This document shows, one piece after another, positions 34,526 to 46,111 of a stretch of DNA of 64,000 nt. How positions within the stretch are numbered: the first letter of the stretch is position 1; each line of letters starts with the position of its first letter. Below the pieces are notes generated by a model. It was not told where the DNA came from. It saw only the letters and a program-made list of their open reading frames with translations, and ran no database searches. The DNA is from Bugula neritina (taxonomy: Eukaryota > Animalia > Bryozoa): positions 8,112,950 to 8,176,949 of the forward strand of contig OZ037772.1 in NCBI GenBank assembly GCA_964035545.1. The letters run 5' to 3'. A program made the position numbers and the translations under genes.

Positions 34526-37500
34526 CTATGAAATATAGGGGATGACACAGCAGTCGAACACTTTCTGATTTCTGTACCAGTAGACGTGGTTCACCCCAGC
34601 CACTGTGTGACGGACCACCTTGTTAGCTTCATTCAGTGTTCTCAATCCAAACTCATCAGAACTGTACCACTGCAATATCAAACAGTACTTTGGAGTCTAA
34701 CATGACTACAACTAAAAGCGAATTAATAATATCACATAGATAATACAATAATAATAAATGTAACATGGTTACAATAGAAGGTATTATAGTTGGAGAGCAG
34801 TGGTTAGAGTGATGGCCTAGTAAACACAAGCAGTGATATTAGGAAGAGCATTCAGCCATAATTGCTCTTGTGCCTCATTGAAACAAGTCCTTAGCCAATT
34901 TAACAAAAAACCCTTTCCATCAGGGTTTCTCTCACAGGGATAGTGACTATAAACTTGAGTGAGTTTTTAATGATATTCTAATTGGAATGATATGCTAATA
35001 CCACAATAGACAGTATTATTAGTGGAATTAATTTTTACAACAATAAATTATTCTCATTTTATTACAATATAATTAACTATCAGATAAGAATAACAATAAT
35101 ATTATTAATATAAAACAATACAATTATTGTAATATAGAAATGGTTGACATTGAGTGGCACCAGAAACAATGCTAACATACTTGACTAGTGGAAACAGGTG
35201 CTCAAAGCTAAATTTGACAGTTCAACCAGTTTATGTTTGAACTTTGAGTTTATTAACAAACACTCTAAGTGGGTTTTACATGGCAGTATCAGGTATAGGA
35301 AGTCATCAAATGAACACACAACTCCAAGTAACCGCATATAATATGTCGTAATAGGGGTGAGATCAATGGACTGATACTTCTATACGGGTTATAGTTTAAT
35401 GGGTGAGAATAAGTAACTACACAAGAACCAGACAGTATCTACTGCAGGTCAATATTGAACACGATATACGACCTCTCATGTGCACACAACTCCAAGTAAC
35501 TGCATACAACTCACAGGCTGCTTCTCAAAGGGCAGGACTGTCTCATTCTGGTTATAGAATCCGAGTTGGGCACTTTGCCAAGGTGTAATCACTGTGTCAT
35601 CAGGTCCACCAATCATCACCAGTCTCTCTAGTTTCAGGAAGTTCTTCTTGTACTCTTCAAGTAATATTTATTAATTAAGTTCTGCCCAACTAACTGACAA
35701 TCATATACAACAGATTACAAGATGCTGTCAATGTATCTGTACTGCTGCTGGTACTGTTATGTAATACTTAGACTACATGTTACAGTATGATGAGAACAAC
35801 ATGCTACTAGGGAGGTATAAGCAGTGTGGAGTCTTCCCTTTTTATAGGGTTGTCCTGGTTGTGTAGTGAATAAAGTCTTCACACTGCTCAGCTAGTAGAT
35901 GTTGTTTAAACTAGCAGATAACATGATGTTTCCTTCATAGTATAAATAAAGTGAGTGAAGAGAAGAAAGGAACTAAAATGCACTCGAAATAAGACATGTG
36001 ACAGCATATCCAGCCCAACTCTGTTTCTGTGTATCTATTATACATCACATATCTAGTAAACAGGATATGATGTCATACATCACATGTCTAGTAAACGGGA
36101 TATGGTGTCATACATCACATGTCTAGTAAACAGGATATGAGGTTATCATAGCGTGTAATGAGCTGTTCATTATGAAATACTTAGCTGAAACTAAAACTAT
36201 TACAGTGGATGCTATGACTGACTATATTCAACATCAGTGACTCTGACTACGAGTAACTATGACTACTAGTAACTATGACTACAAGTAACTGTGGCTATGA
36301 GTAACTGTGACTACAGTAACTATGGCTATGAGTAACTGTGACTACAGTAACTATGACTATGAGTAACTGTAACTATGAGTAACTGTGACTATAGTAACTA
36401 TGACTATGAGTAACTATGACTACAGTAACTGTGACTACAGTAACTATGACTAGGAGTAACTATGACTACGAGTAACTGTGACTACAGTAACTATGACTAT
36501 GAGTAACTATGACTATGAGTAACTGTGACTACAGTAACTGTGACTATGAGTAACTATGACTACAGTAAATGTGACTACAGTAACTATGACTACAGTAACT
36601 GTGACTACAGTAACTACGACTCACCGACACTGTTAGGATGTCCTGTTTGATTATTTAGTCGAGCGATCAGAACGTCTGTCTTATTGTCGGAGAACGCCTC
36701 CTGGTGGTGGGGGTCGTTCCAGTAGTCACCAATAGAGATGTCTTGTCCAATGTCCGAGTACCAGAACCTTCAAGTGACACAAGTACAGAGTGAGAAGCTG
36801 TTGGGAGACAGTACAGTCACACTGTACTCAGCCACCTCCAACTCGGTGCTGCTTTTAGCGATATTCAAGGAGACAATGTGAAGCTACTCAAAGATTGCGC
36901 TGCTTCAGGTTGGGGGTGACCGAGTACAGTATTTTTATACACATTGTTGTCCAAACTTCAAAACCCCAACTCAAAACTCAAGACCCCATAACCACTGCAC
37001 TCGGTGGCTTTGGGGTCTTGAGTTTTGAGTTCAACACTGATATGTATAAAAACACTGTACTCAATCACCCCCAACTCTGTGCTGCTTCTAGCAATATTCC
37101 AGTTACTCACTCCCACAGATAGCGACGATCTTTGTTAGGTACAAAAGGGGACATATAGCTTGTCACCCCGTACTGGCCGTCGAGTGGAGAACTCAGGGTT
37201 ATGAAAGTGTGCACGTTGTGTGTAGATAACATCTGGACCACTCCTCTGCAGATAACACCTCCTTGAGAGTAACAGAGGAGGGTAACTCCAGTGTCTGTGT
37301 GATTGTCCATTATCTGTATAGAAATCAGGAAGTCTAAATCTTTAGTAGTAGGGAATACTAATCAAAAATATATTAGAGAAAACAAATTAATTCACCATTT
37401 AATCTATACAGTAATATGCTTAAGAGTTAGACTACATAGCAGTTCAATAAATCAAATCAGCACAGCTCTACCCTGAGACACACACAGTGCTCCCCCATAT

Positions 37501-38333
37501 CTCATTAAACTGTGGGTCTTGAGAAAAATAGTAGAATACCAGATTTAACTCACAGATGCAATAAATTCAGCCATTTTGTTCTATAGTTAAGCCACAAAAA
37601 GGGGTTCAGGCACTTCTCATGACCTTTGGAAGTTCGTGAGAAATGTAACGGTGAGATACAGAGGGAGCACTATATATTACAAATAAACAAGCACTGGCAC
37701 AGCTCTAATCTGACCTACATGATACCTAGGGTATTTAGTACCTTCTGCATGGCAGGCATGATATACTTCAGCTGGTAATCCAGGTTCAGTGCACTTTCTG
37801 CTCCATCGAACATGTCCAGAGCGTATACCACGGCCCCTGGCACCACCTATAGACACAAAGCAATTAATACACTAATAAGAAGAGCGAAATATGGGCATAT
37901 CTTATGAAAATTGCATAGTTTTGAGCTTTTATTTATGTTTACAATTGATCGTAAAACTATAGAAAAAGCAAACTGAGAAGAACTCAGAAATTTCCAAATA
38001 CTTCAATGCCGGACAAAGATATAAAATGCATGAAAATGGTTGATTAAATAAAATTCGAGAAAACAGAAACAGCCAAAGCCAACTTACACTTGGTATGTAT
38101 TGACAAGCAAAGTTCTTTTCATCTGCTTTCCCAAATATTCCATGCATGTATATGATTGGTCTAACTTTAGTGTCCGCATTGCTGATTGGTGGAATCCTGT
38201 CTTTCAAACCCTTTGCATACACATCAACTTTAGGAAGTTTGTTAAGAGGTGACAAGTCACGCATGTGCTTGCAATCAACACTCAGAGAAAGTGACAAGAT
38301 AAAGCAGGTGCTAAATGTGAGCCAGGTCCCCAT
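34526..38333 (-). CDS. PPT2: Lysosomal thioesterase PPT2-like, copy B (inverted paralog)
   Basis: Exons 38333-38088, 37846-37742, 37313-37111, 36767-36625, 35654-35515, 34669-34526. Same six-exon structure and phases as copy A; CYSQGG, GGPDD and GVNHVYW triad motifs intact. Confidence 0.93.
34793..34968 (+). mobile_element. tRNA-derived SINE (internally deleted)
   Basis: Family body present; B-box region missing. Confidence 0.85.
36235..36620. repeat. 15/16-bp minisatellite (GACTACAGTAACT(A/G)T / GACTATGAGTAACT..) abutting the PPT2-B exon 4 donor
   Basis: About 24 copies. Confidence 0.92.
36908..37077. mobile_element. Palindromic MITE
   Basis: GTTGGGGGTGACCGAGTACAGTATTTTTATACA ... TGTATAAAAACACTGTACTCAATCACCCCCAAC, with inner hairpin AACTCAAAACTCAAGACCCCA/TGGGGTCTTGAGTTTTGAGTT. 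Confidence 0.8.
37485..37671. mobile_element. MITE family with (C)AGTGCTCCC termini, copy 1
   Basis: Inverted termini CAGTGCTCCC/GGGAGCACT; the internal sequence recurs inverted at 63104-63332, and flanking similarity extends ~45-65 bp further. Confidence 0.75.
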
Positions 38334-38379
38334 TCTTACGGTATGTGACAACTACAACAAGTGATTGACATGTGCTGTA

Positions 38380-38389
38380 ATCACATGAC
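38380..38389 (-). promoter_or_regulatory. M-box/CLEAR-like E-box upstream of PPT2-B
   Basis: GTCATGTGAT on the minus strand ~50 bp above the ATG; a CCAATC box lies at ~38422. Confidence 0.45.
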
Positions 38390-38894
38390 ACACAAGTATT
38401 ATATATAGCTATGTGGGCTGTGATTGGTTAGAGGTCAGAGTTCACATTTTTGGCAGGTAGACAACCACATAATAGATTAGGTTATACAATAAGTAATCAA
38501 CTTTTAGATAAGGCTATGATGGTAAATGTATTATTAGGGAGTGCAATGTGCGTGCTTTGAGGATGATAGAATACTTTTGGTGCACTTCCTTGTTTTTATT
38601 GAGTGTCAGTTGTACATCAAATGGCGATAAAATGTTTTATTACTCATATAGGATAATGTAATTCTAGTTTGGCTTTTATTACAGCCAATCCTGTGTGAAA
38701 ATGGCTTTAGTTTATTCGTGCTCTTATCAGGAAATGATCCTGCCCGATAACACATACTGTCACATTGCATGCCTTGTGACGACAGCTGGCACGTTTACTC
38801 AAGTGCTGTGCAAGTAGTTGGAGGCATCTTACTAATCAAAAATTAGGAGGTGTGACTATTTGAAAACAAAATAGCAGATCTTTTGTAAAATAAT

Positions 38895-38958
38895 TGCCCC
38901 CACTGGGAATCCCCGAGTCCTCTGGTTCGATTGTGTGCTACCATTACACCACGGGAGC
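38895..38958 (-). pseudogene. Degenerate tRNA gene or solitary tRNA-derived head
   Basis: Minus strand GCTCCCG-TGGTGTAATGGTAGCAC...CCCAG-TGGGGGC-A: 7-bp acceptor stem and intact A-box, deleted anticodon arm and TTC; followed by TTTT. Confidence 0.5.
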
Positions 38959-41900
38959 CACTGGGTAAACTCATCACTACATCTTTTAGTCAGTGAATCT
39001 CATTAAACCACTCAAAAGATCCTTTCCAAAACCCTGATACTCAATTAACAATAAGAGTTGTTTTCTCCTATCAGGGCCTAGTTAGATCACAATAGAGAGC
39101 AAACTCATTAAAAAGTAAAAGTTTGACTGCTACATAAAATCCCAACTATGCTATAGATATTTTGGTAAAGGTGCACATATTAGCAGGGTCTATACTTTCA
39201 AATGTTCAACTAAAGCAGGAACAAACTGTAGAAAACACTTTTAATGACTATCAATGCATCTATGGAACACATTTTCTACTTGCTATCAATTTATTCCTTG
39301 TTTCCTCAAGTCACACTGAAAACATACAATACTAATAGCTAACTTTGAATCTTAACTTTGTCTCTTTCATACAGAAGAACTATATTTCTAGAAAACTTGT
39401 TATTTACAAAACTAAAGATATAGTTGGGATAATTAATCATTAAATAATTTATTAGATTAGAGGCTTGGTCTTTCAATTGAATAAAATAATTCGTTATTAA
39501 AAATTTTATCATCAAAAAAAAATAATTTGATGTTGAGGATGAATGCTTTATTTTACAGATAAGACGACTTCTCATCTTGAAAATATTTTCTAGAAAGAAA
39601 CTGTAACTCTGCCTTTGAAGGTTAAACTATAAAACTTTATAACGCTTTAGAAACCTTAGCTGATAGCAATAAACCGGTAGTTATATGAGAGGTGATCCAC
39701 AAGGACTAAAACCAAATACTGTGAGAAACTAGTTATATGAGAGGTAGGAGGGACAAAAGACACAGTTACACTACATTCATTTACTGATAACGTAATAATT
39801 ATAAGCATCAAAGTTTTCTTAAAACTAATACACTACTTTACAAACCATATTTTTTGTTGAACCATGAAATAAATAATCAACTTATGATAAAAAAAATAAT
39901 AAAATCAAAACCGTTGGAATAAAGTTGAATAATAAATGAAATAATTTTAAAATTAAATTACAATATTAAGCAAACTTGGAAAGAGCAACAATGTTGATTA
40001 TTAGCATATGGCCAGCTTTGTATGAAATGGACAGACATTTCAGAGTTGCAGCTTCTAGTAATTGGTTTCAAATGCTCAAATTATTTAAAGGTTTGTGCTT
40101 AAATTTGAATTCAAACAATTGTTTTTACATTACATAACAGTTTGCTATGATGTACATATTGTGAGTGATTTTGAGTGCAATAGTACAATGGAATTATTTG
40201 TATTTACTCTAGTTGTTCAACAGTTCATACCAGCTTGCATCAAGTGTTACACCCATACCCCTAACGAACAACTAACCCATAGTTATAAAAAGAGCAGTGC
40301 ATTTTGTAGTAGTAGCGTTCTACTAATGTAATTTATAATGGCAACTCTTCTACAATAAGGATCTAGCTACACTGAAGCAAAATGTATAAAATATTAGAGT
40401 TGTGTGCCCTATTTAGTGGGTTAGAGTGCATCAGCAATAGAAAAGCAAAAGCTCAACAATAATATACTTGTATTTTGTATGTTCCTCTACTAGAAATGAT
40501 TCAATAATATAGAAAGTCTTACTAGCTTAAACAATATTTCTAGTCCACTGAACAAATACTAAGTAACATACTAAATATATGCAATAAAGCTTTTTAAAGC
40601 TAGAATTACAATATTTCATACTAAATGAAAAAGGAATTGTATTTGTTTCTGTTTTTTTAACCACTGAGGGCTTTGCTGAGGAAAGGGCTAAAATCATTCA
40701 CATCAACTTGATGCATTGCCTGTTGACAATTGGTATTTAAAGCTATCATACACTAACCAATTACTAGGTCTCATTGTCCAACTAATTATGAGGTTTCATT
40801 GTGAAGTTTACCATGTTGACATTAGCGCAGCAAATTTAATAAGTGTCCAAATATGTGTTTAAATAATAGCACGTGTCTATAACATTACAATCATGTCTGA
40901 ATTACATGGAAAGTGCCATGAATTAGTTGAATTCTACTGAAATAAACACAGCAAACAGCTTTGAAGTGAAACTAAGCAATAAGCAGCCATCATTTCCCTT
41001 ACTCAATTAACAATATATCACATGTATCATCTAGTGTGTATCAAAATTTACCTATGAGCATTTACCAGACACTAGTGATCACACTGAAATGACAATTCTG
41101 TTGCAGGTAACAATGACCTAATGTTCCTAATTTAACTTACAGTATGAAAAGTGAGTGCGAGACTGAGACTACATCATTATGGTGTCATTATAATCAACTA
41201 TATGATGATTAACATGTCCATGTGTCTTTGTCATACTCATTGTGATAGTAAGTATTAGTAATAATCATAATGTTAATAATATTAGTAGAGTTATTAAATT
41301 CAATTAGGCTATAATAATTTTACATTTATTTCTCAAATTGAAATTCATAATAGCAATAGCAATATCATTATCAATTATCAACATGAATTATGAATGTGGT
41401 TATCTTATAGTAATTATAAATTTATCAAATAATTGCAATTAATATTATTCATTTATTGCAATAAAATTATTAAATTTAATACTCATTCACATTGCTCATA
41501 CTCAGTCATAATCACACTGAATCTGATACTGATGCTAAATTTAAATAGCTAATATTAATAAACATAATTATATATTAATAGTTATAGTTTTATTCATAAT
41601 AATATTACTTTTAATAATATTATTATTAATAATATTAAATTTCAATAATAATATAAATATGAATGTTACTACTAGTACTACTACTACTAGTACTAGTACT
41701 ACTACAAGTTGAGTACAAGTATACTGTATAGTACTAGACGCTAAAACGAAAAGTAATAGTTCCAGTATTGAATTTACAACAAAGCATCCAATTAAGAATT
41801 TGCACTTAATTCGTTAAATTCAATCTCAACCAATTTTGTTGCAGTAATACTAAATATAATTTCCATACTAAATAGTAAATATTAATATAATTTCAGAAGA

Positions 41901-42467
41901 AATCATTAGATGCTGAGCATGATGTTGAAGTAGTATCTTTTCTTCTCTTGAATTGTGGTTATAGTAACAACTTAGCTTAGAATTTGTCCTTAGGATTTTT
42001 GATACAGCACTTTTACAGAATTAATAAAGGGTTATTAGCAGCTATAGTTTTTATAAGCATGCGCCCAGGCTAAAAAAACTACTATTGGGGTCGTTAAAAT
42101 ACAAAGAACATTGACACCAATGAGGTGTGGATATCAACATTGACCGACACAGATCAAACCTGGGATTTCCGGTGAAAGGTTGAGTACAGACGGATCGACT
42201 ACGCATTAATAGGGCCATATTTTCGTATTGTTCATGTGGTAAAAAATCTAACTATAGTGATTACCTATTGAAGGCGCACTTCTGCTTAGGCGATAGTGCT
42301 AAAAGTTGCATTTGGGTCGAGTTGGACCTTTACTACCTGACTTATTATAATTCGAGAGAAAAACTACTTGACTGAAACTTCTATCAGTAATTGATTCCAT
42401 TTTGAGTTTGGAGTAGTTCGTCCAAAAGTAAATTTAAAGTCGGTATCAGTCAATATAAATTTCAGAA

Positions 42468-45400
42468 ATGGTTCTTTCTGATACGCTATTAATTGTTGGC
42501 ATATCAACATGTACAGCTCTTCTTGGAGAAGGTTAGACTTAGTGCTACTACTACTAGTAGTAGTAATACTAGTAGTACTACTACTACTGTACTAGTAGTA
42601 GAAGTAGTACTTGTACTAGTACTACTACTACAGTACTAGTACTATTAGTACTAGTACTAGGAGTAGTAGTAGTACTACTACTACTAGTACTAGTACTGAA
42701 GCTCAAGTTGAAGTTAAAATAAGAAGTACTACTACTACTACTACTACTAGTACTACTACTAAATCATCACCTTAAGGTACTTAACCTACAGATCATGAAG
42801 CCTGTGCTTTTACTACTTACTGCTTTATAGTGTTGGGCCACATATGACCACAATAAACTAGTAGTAGTAGTACTTCTTATTTTAACTTCAACTGACTGTG
42901 ATGATGAATTATGATATCGATTGATGGTTCAGAGTTAAGTTATGAATAAAAAAACTAGGGTTGAGTCAATTCAAGCAATGTTGAAGTTATGTTGTGTTTA
43001 TCTTTTATCAAATAGCATTTAATTTTAGTTTTAGCAATTGAACAATTTGAAGCTTTAATTTGAGTTGATTAATCAAACAGGCTAAGTCAACATTATAAAA
43101 ACTGTTTGACCAAGTCATTAAGCACTTTAGTTGACATGACTTGCAACTAGCTATGACTAAAATGTATCTTAGACTTAAATCTTTGAATAATTTCATAACT
43201 ATGCTAAATGAATTATTTTCTATAGGTTTAACTTGGCTGCTAGTTTACAGAACTGAAAACTACCAGAGACTAAAGAATGAGGTGGAAAAGCAGACAAAAA
43301 AATGTAAGTCTACATATATAGTAAAAAAGCTCATGTAAGTTTATAGTCGTCATTCCTGTGAAAAACCCCTGATGGAAAGGTTTTGTTGAATCAGGCTAAG
43401 GGTTTATTCAGATGTGGCACAAGGGCAATTATGACTGGATGCTCTTCTTAACATCACCAATGGCCTTTTTCGGGGCTCGAACCCGTGACTTTGTGCTTAC
43501 TAGGCAAACGCTCTAACCCCTAGAGTCTAGACCACAGCTACTCCCCACACATATAGTAACAATATATAGTAACAACTGCGCTTGAAATAACCAAGTTTCT
43601 GGCTAAATACGACTAAGTCCTCAAGTATATGTTCATTCACAATGACATGTCTACATTCCAGGGAGCCCTTCGGTGACACATGAAACTTGAATGTCATGAC
43701 TTGATAATGCTTCTTTATTTATGTATCGAATAAGTAAAATGGAAACAAGAATATACTTTTTAAAAGTTTTCAGGTTTATGTGTCAGTTGCTCAATCATAG
43801 AAAATGATACTCAACCTGTCTATCTTTTATGTAAAATATTGTATAAAATTTGGAGTTGTCAAACCTGTGGTTTATAAATCCTGAAGTATATAAATCCTGG
43901 GGTGTGTGTAGAGCGTAAGGTGTGCTGTTTTGTCTTTACTTGCCAAGGCAAATGTATGTTTACTTCAAGTCATTATGATATTCAAAGACTACTGTATCTA
44001 ATACGCAATTCAAGACTTACAGTATTTAATACACAACTCAAGGGTTACTATATCTCATACACAATTCAAGGGTTACTGTATTTAATACACAATTCAAGAC
44101 TTAGCGTATTTAATACATTGTAGTATTTTTATTATTGTGTTCCCCTGTTGTTGTAGTAGAGAAGCAGAAGGCCACTATAAGTGATACTGGAAAAAGTGCA
44201 AAGAAGAAAATTGGTAAATTTATTTTACACCTTAGATTTAATTATTGTACTGTGTAGCAGTATATCTAAGAAACCATACACTACTAATAGCTAGTAGATT
44301 GTGAAGTAAAAAGAAAACTAGATTGTTCTTTAAGTCATAGTCGACTATTGAACAATAATTCTGACAAAATGGCTACTAAAGAAGCAACTTCCTTTTTAAT
44401 TGAAGCGGCATACATGTCATAATATGGTAGCTTCTTATACTGTAAGCTCCTCCCACTTATTGTACAATAAGTGGGAGGATATATAGATACATATCTATAT
44501 AAATACTGTGTTTTATATGATAAATATTTACCCCAGTAACTGATACACATTTTTATAGATACTCACACATTATTACAAATTTCGACTATGCAAATAAGTC
44601 ATACCAAATCAAGCCATTCAGACAATAAATTCCACTTAGCCTAAGTTTTTTACCCATTATGGGCGATGTTACACTCTCCGCTGTTTTGTTACAGACAGGC
44701 AAGAAGAAAGACTAAAAAATGACAGCCGGGATCTTAACATGACGAAGATGAAATCAATGTTTGCTATTAGTTTTGTGTTTATGGCATTGCTCAGCGTGTT
44801 TAACTCAATATTTGACGGGCGTGTCGTGGCAACTCTTCCATTTGTTCCATTTTCTCTTCTGCAAAACCTCAGTCATCGAAACTTGGCAGGAAATGATTAC
44901 ACGGACTGTTCATTCATCTTCCTCTACATTCTGTGCACGATGAGCATACGTCAGGTTAGTTACATATCTCCACGTTCTATTGTCTGTCTGTCCGTCTGTT
45001 CAGTGATGAGAGTGACTCTTGGCTTTCTACATAAGCCAGAGGTCAGTAGGTCATGCTGACTATATCTTCTTGTTAGTTTGAAAGGTCTACAAGGAGGTAG
45101 CTTTTCATCTCAGATTGCCTGGGTATGGGTATAGCCTTAAATGTTATTTCAACTTATATATACCATTTATATAATAGATAATTTATATAATGTATAGTTT
45201 ATATAATATATAATTTATAATTTATTATATAATTTGTATAATATATAATTTATATATTATATAATTCATATAATTTATATAATAGATAATTTATATAATA
45301 TATAATTTATATAATATATAATTTATATAATAGATAATTTGTATAATAAATAATTTGTATAATATATAATTTATATAATAGATAATTTATATAATAGATA

Positions 45401-45651
45401 ATTTATATAATATATAATTTATATAATATATAATTTATATAATAGATAATTTATATAATATATAATATATAGCACCTGACTTCCTATTATCGTTTTTAAT
45501 ATATACATTCTATTCAGTTTAATGGTGGTAGCATGCCAATGATTTGATGTTTCCTTTATTTCAGAATATACAGAAATTATTGGGATTTGCTCCATCTCGT
45601 GCTACTGCTGGACAAAACTCTTTCTTTCCCACTCCTCCTGAGTACAAATAG
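42468..45651 (+). CDS. TMCO1: Calcium load-activated calcium channel TMCO1
   Basis: Exons 42468-42531, 43226-43303, 44157-44213, 44695-44954, 45565-45651: SDTLLIV...ALLGEGLTWLLVYRTENYQRLKNEVEKQ...KMKSMFAI...FNSIFDGRVVA.LPF.P...LSHRNL.G.DYTDCSFIFLYILCTMSIRQNIQK.LGFAPSRA. Confidence 0.96.
42540..42893. repeat. Mixed (TAC)n/(TAG)n low-complexity tract with a ~35-bp inverted repeat in TMCO1 intron 1
   Basis: AGTTGAAGTTAAAATAAGAAGTACTACTACTACTA (~42706-42740) versus its reverse complement at ~42859-42893. Confidence 0.85.
43323..43545 (-). mobile_element. tRNA-derived SINE
   Basis: Family body, B-box, TSD-like ATATAGTAA flanks. Confidence 0.9.
45165..45470. repeat. 17-bp AT-rich minisatellite (TAATTTATATAATA(T/G)A)
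   Basis: Direct inspection. Confidence 0.9.
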
Positions 45652-45982
45652 AACTCAGCTTGGAACATGTTGAATTTATTAGTGAAATAAGATATATTTG
45701 TAAAAAATAGTCAGTATAGTTTGATCAATTTTAATTATTTCTGTTTGTACAATTGTATTTGCATAAAATAGCATTTTTGTGTCTATTAATTTTCATTTTT
45801 CTGTAATATAAGTGATTTTTACTATTGCCTGTTAACAATTGTTAATATAAATATAATGCTTTGCAACATGCCACACACCAATAATGTGCGTTTTGTGGTA
45901 ATTTTGACACTAATTAGAAGTTATTATACCTCAACTTGGTGTGTCTCGAGAGAACATAACTCAACAACGCTTATGTTCTCAA

Positions 45983-46021
45983 CCGGAAGCAATATGACAG
46001 GATATAAGTAAGTCACATGAT
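45983..46021 (+). promoter_or_regulatory. ETS site (CCGGAAG) and M-box/CLEAR-like element (GTCACATGAT) upstream of V-ATPase G
   Basis: Both motifs lie within ~130 bp of the ATG. Confidence 0.5.
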
Positions 46022-46111
46022 ATCAACAAAGTGCAAAGAAGTGACTTGCTATTGGAAGTGTCATCAATAGAGGTGCTAAGTAAGGCATTATTCCTTTATT
46101 TTGAATTTAAA

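Noticed and set aside
36625-36767. Idea that the minisatellite-adjacent PPT2-B exon 4 has higher GC3 than its paralog
   Set aside because: Hand count gives about 27/47 versus 28/47, so no difference; this weakens a simple link between minisatellites and GC3.
38895-39130. mascRNA/MALAT1-like 3'-end module
   Set aside because: The tRNA-like element lacks the upstream paired U-rich motifs and A-rich tract needed for a triple helix.
38600-41900. Box C/D snoRNA host gene
   Set aside because: No properly paired RTGATGA/CTGA boxes with terminal stems found by eye; H/ACA RNAs cannot be excluded without a covariance search.
42145-42205. tRNA-like sequence on the minus strand (TTTCACCGG...GGTTTGATC)
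   Set aside because: No convincing acceptor stem or A-box; too degenerate to call.
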